From sequence record SRR22947727_2831: DNA of 64,000 nt. One strand, 5' to 3'. Numbering within the stretch: the first letter of the stretch is position 1; the number at the start of each line of letters is the position of its first letter. This document shows, piece by piece, positions 60,792 through 64,000 of this stretch. Under the pieces are notes generated by a model that had not been told where the DNA came from, made no database searches, and saw nothing but the letters and a program-made list of their open reading frames with translations. Made by a program: the position numbers and the translations under genes.

Positions 60792-62639
60792 ATGACGAAG
60801 ACCATCCGCCTCACCGTCGCTGAAGCGATTGTTCGTTACTTGATTGCCCAGCGCACCGTCATTGACGGACAGAATGTGCCCTTGTTTCCCGGGGTGTACG
60901 GGATTTTTGGCCACGGCAACGTCACCAGCCTGGGTCACTCACTGGAGATGCACCGCGAGGAGCTTCCGGTCTGGCGCGGACAAAACGAACAGGGCATGGC
61001 CTTGGCCGCTGCCGCGTTTGCGAAGGCAACGAGGCGTCAACAGATCATGGTCGCCACCTCCTCCATTGGGCCCGGAGCAACGAACATGGTGACCGCCGCG
61101 GGCGTGGCCATGTCCAACCGCCTTCCCGTGCTCTTTATTTCGGGCGACACCTTCGTCTCACGCCTGCCAGACCCAGTACTGCAGCAGGTTGAGCACTTCG
61201 GTATGCCCTCCATCACCGTCAATGACGCGTTCCAGCCCGTCACCCGTTACTGGGACCGCATCACCCACCCTGCTCAGATTCTGAGCTCACTGCCGCAGGC
61301 AGTGGCGGTGATGTTGGATGCCGGTGACTGTGGTCCAGCATTTATTGGATTGCCGCAGGACGTCGCGGCGGAAGCGTATGACTACCCTGAGTCGTTCTTT
61401 GAGACAAGCCTCCGACAGATGCCTCGCCCTCGTCCTGATAACCACCAGTTGGCAGAGGCTGTTGCCCTTCTCAAGAGCGCCTCGAAGCCGGTCATCATTG
61501 CCGGTGGTGGAGTCCACTACTCCCAGGCCGAGGAGGAGCTTGCCGCTTTTGCCGCTCGTCACCAGATTCCTGTGGTGGAGACGGTCGCCGGTAAGTCCTC
61601 TCTCCTGGCTGGTCACCCCAGCTACGCAGGACCGCTGGGTGTCACCGGCGCTGCGGCCGCCAACGCTGTGGTGAGTCAGGCAGATGTTGTGGTGGCAGTG
61701 GGAACTCGACTCGAGGACTTCACCACAGGATCCTGGACACTCTTCGGGGAGGCTACCCAGTTCATTGGTATCAATGCCGCACGCTTTGATGCGATGAAGC
61801 ACCGTGCACTTCCGGTGGTGGCCGATGCGAGAGAGACCTTGACAGAGCTCACCACTGCCCTCGGGGAGTGGTCCTCACCGGCATCGTGGATGACCGAAGT
61901 TGCGACCCACAGAGCGGACCTCGACACTTTTGTCAGCTCACGCACTGCTGATGATGGCGTGTGGCCACCGAGTTATGCGCAGTTGGTGGGGCTTGTCAAC
62001 GACCAAGCTACCCCCGAGGACTATGTCCTCACGGCCGCGGGCGGTCTTCCTGGTGAGCTCAACATCAACTGGATGAGCAAGGGTGTTGCCACCTTTGACT
62101 GCGAGTACGGCTTTAGCTGTATGGGTTATGAGATCTCCGGCGCCTGGGGAGCAGCTATGGCGAGGCCCAGTGGTGAAGTCTTCTCCCTGGTAGGTGATGG
62201 CTCGTATCTGATGATGAACTCGGACATTTACGCGTCGGTGCTCTCGGGCCACAAGATGATCTTGGTTGTCTGTGACAACGAGGGTTACGCCGTCATTGAG
62301 CGACTTCAAACCAGCAAGGGTGGAGCCTCCTACAACAACATGCTCTCGGACTCCAACGGCACCGGAACGGATGCCCGTGTTGATTTCCGTGCGCACGCTG
62401 CCTCCATGGGTGCGCTCACCTTTGAAGTGGAGAGCCTCGCCGAGTTTGCCGATGCTCTCCAGAGTGCTCGCGAGGCTGAGCGCACAGTCGTCATTGTGAC
62501 GAAGGTGCGGGCGAAGGACTTTACCGAAGGTGGTGCTTTCTGGCAGGTCGGTATCCCTGAGGTGTCAGAGCGTCCCAGTGTTCTGGAGGCGCGAGCCGCC
62601 ATGGATGAGGGGCTTACCGCGCAGCGACCAGGTATCTAG
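60792..62639 (+). CDS. iolD: ThDP-dependent trihydroxycyclohexanedione acylhydrolase
   Basis: GIFGHGNV, NEQGM, SIGPGATNM, PDPVLQQ, EYGFSCMGYEI, GDGSY. Confidence 0.96.
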   Translation: MTKTIRLTVAEAIVRYLIAQRTVIDGQNVPLFPGVYGIFGHGNVTSLGHSLEMHREELPVWRGQNEQGMALAAAAFAKATRRQQIMVATSSIGPGATNMVTAAGVAMSNRLPVLFISGDTFVSRLPDPVLQQVEHFGMPSITVNDAFQPVTRYWDRITHPAQILSSLPQAVAVMLDAGDCGPAFIGLPQDVAAEAYDYPESFFETSLRQMPRPRPDNHQLAEAVALLKSASKPVIIAGGGVHYSQAEEELAAFAARHQIPVVETVAGKSSLLAGHPSYAGPLGVTGAAAANAVVSQADVVVAVGTRLEDFTTGSWTLFGEATQFIGINAARFDAMKHRALPVVADARETLTELTTALGEWSSPASWMTEVATHRADLDTFVSSRTADDGVWPPSYAQLVGLVNDQATPEDYVLTAAGGLPGELNINWMSKGVATFDCEYGFSCMGYEISGAWGAAMARPSGEVFSLVGDGSYLMMNSDIYASVLSGHKMILVVCDNEGYAVIERLQTSKGGASYNNMLSDSNGTGTDARVDFRAHAASMGALTFEVESLAEFADALQSAREAERTVVIVTKVRAKDFTEGGAFWQVGIPEVSERPSVLEARAAMDEGLTAQRPGI

Positions 62640-62641
62640 CG

Positions 62642-63406
62642 CTACTTGTTGACGACGGTGAACTCGAGAGAGTACAAATCCGTCCGATAAATGTGCTCAC
62701 CGTGCTCAATCGCTCGACCCATGGAGTCATAGGCGGTTCTCTCCATGGTGAGAACCGCGGCACCTGACTCAATATCGAGCTCACTGGCTTCCGCCTGGGT
62801 GACTTTGCGGGCACTGATGCGCTGCTTGCCCACCTGGGGAACAAAGCCTCGCTCTCGGAGGATTTGATACAAACCTTTGGCGTCGAGCTCATCTTTGGTG
62901 AGGGTGCCAATCGAGTGGGGAATCCAGTTGTGCATTACGGCCATGGGAACTTTGTCGGCGTAGCGAATACGAATTGCCTCGGTGACCAGTGTGCCGGTGG
63001 GAACACCGAGGCTCTGTGCCACATGTGCATTGGCGGGGTTGTTTCCAAAGGACACCACAGTGGTTTCCGCCTTCGAGCCACCTCGTTGGATGTCGTCATA
63101 GAGCGAGGTGAGCTCCATTCCCCTGGTCACCTGGCCATGGACCACCTGGGAGCCAATTCCGCGACGACGGACAATGAGTCCGTCGTCGACCAGGGTTTGG
63201 ATGGCGCGACGAATAGTCGGCCGGGAAAGAGCTAAACGCTCCGCAAGAGAGACCTCATTTTCAATCCGCGAGCCGGGAGGCAAAGTTCCCTGACGAATAG
63301 CGAGCTCGAACTTCTTCGCGACCTGGTGATAGAGCGGTGTCGTTCCGGAGCGATCCAAATCGGCAAAGAGGGACTGAGGAAGGAGAACTTCTGTCTTGCG
63401 CACCAT
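62642..63406 (-). CDS. GntR (HutC/UTRA) regulator, probable IolR
   Basis: PLYHQV, ENE..LA..L.LSRPTIRRA, RRRGIGS, UTRA-like C-terminus; a copy of the operator lies directly upstream. Confidence 0.9.
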   Translation of the reverse strand: MVRKTEVLLPQSLFADLDRSGTTPLYHQVAKKFELAIRQGTLPPGSRIENEVSLAERLALSRPTIRRAIQTLVDDGLIVRRRGIGSQVVHGQVTRGMELTSLYDDIQRGGSKAETTVVSFGNNPANAHVAQSLGVPTGTLVTEAIRIRYADKVPMAVMHNWIPHSIGTLTKDELDAKGLYQILRERGFVPQVGKQRISARKVTQAEASELDIESGAAVLTMERTAYDSMGRAIEHGEHIYRTDLYSLEFTVVNK

Positions 63407-63435
63407 CACACCTAACAAATCACGACGTTTGACAA

Positions 63436-63449
63436 TATGTTATGACAAA
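63436..63449. promoter_or_regulatory. Putative IolR autoregulatory operator
   Basis: TATGT-TATG-ACAAA(GTC); reverse complement GACTTTGTCATAACATA. Confidence 0.6.
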
Positions 63450-63543
63450 GTCAGAGCCAGATAGTCGAACGAGGCGGCGTGGGGCTCGCCTGGACAGTCA
63501 AGCCTCAATGTTCTACACCGTAGAACTTTGGTGACGACTTCTG

Positions 63544-64000
63544 TTAAAGGCCTTCGGCCACACCTTCAGTGAGCCCGACTACTCCACCGCCAGCAGTTCC
63601 ATCATGCTCACTGGAGTCAACTCCCAGGGCTCCCAGCACAGCGCGTCGGATGTGGGTGGAGCTGAGGCCATAGAAATCTTCGAGATAACTGGCGGTCCCT
63701 CCGTGGGTAAAGGTGTCTCCGACTCCCACTCTGGTCAGCTGAGCTGAGGAGCGACGATCGACGAGGACCTCCGCGACGAGGCGGCCAAGACCGCTGGCAA
63801 CCCAATGGTTCTCCACGGTAATAACATGCTTCGCTGCGGTCAGTTTCTGGATCAAGTCCTCGTCATCGAAAGGCTTCAATGTCGCAACATTGAGCAAGCC
63901 CACGTCCGGGTAGTCATGGCGAAGATCATCAACGACCTCCAGTGCTGACTGCGTGAGATGCCCCGACACCAGGACCACCACGTCAGAGCCCTCTCGAATG
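63544..64000 (-). CDS. Transketolase C-terminal subunit, 3' part (runs off window)
   Basis: EGSDV, TLKPFD, ITVENH..SGLG, VGVGDTF..GG...YL...YGL. Confidence 0.85.
   Translation of the reverse strand, partial: IREGSDVVVLVSGHLTQSALEVVDDLRHDYPDVGLLNVATLKPFDDEDLIQKLTAAKHVITVENHWVASGLGRLVAEVLVDRRSSAQLTRVGVGDTFTHGGTASYLEDFYGLSSTHIRRAVLGALGVDSSEHDGTAGGGVVGLTEGVAEGL

Overview
High-GC, tightly packed chromosomal window from an actinobacterium; gene order and protein style suggest Microbacteriaceae (inference). About 1-27 kb is core housekeeping: htpX-lemA, tRNA-Leu, ndh, S8 protease-DUF501-ftsB-eno-hisS-mazG-mfd-pth-rplY, prs-glmU-tRNA-Gln, ispE-rsmA-tatD-metG-rsmI. About 27-31 kb is a ribonucleotide reductase operon, 31-43 kb holds small accessory genes, and 43-64 kb is a partly duplicated inositol catabolism region with a GntR and a LacI regulator. 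I found no mobile elements, prophage or CRISPR. The main finding is in the RNR operon. The alpha subunit (NrdA) has lost the C-terminal redox cysteine pair that class I RNRs need for re-reduction and ends instead in a Cys-free tail with repeated SGAPKKGFG. A 27-codon ORF missing from the ORF track (28234-28317, minus) starts 5 nt downstream in a different frame and encodes MTFDSTTIDGYAVPTDPMDLLQCDSCQ. This looks like the missing CxxC tail made as a separate peptide. The beta subunit carries the class Ic (Mn/Fe, tyrosyl-radical-free) signature. Also seen: tandem NrdR boxes next to DnaA boxes, five TTTGT-N4-ACAAA operators across the iol region, a perfect LacI palindrome, an iolE remnant, a probable CTG start for pth, a candidate rplY leader hairpin and many leaderless-type promoters.
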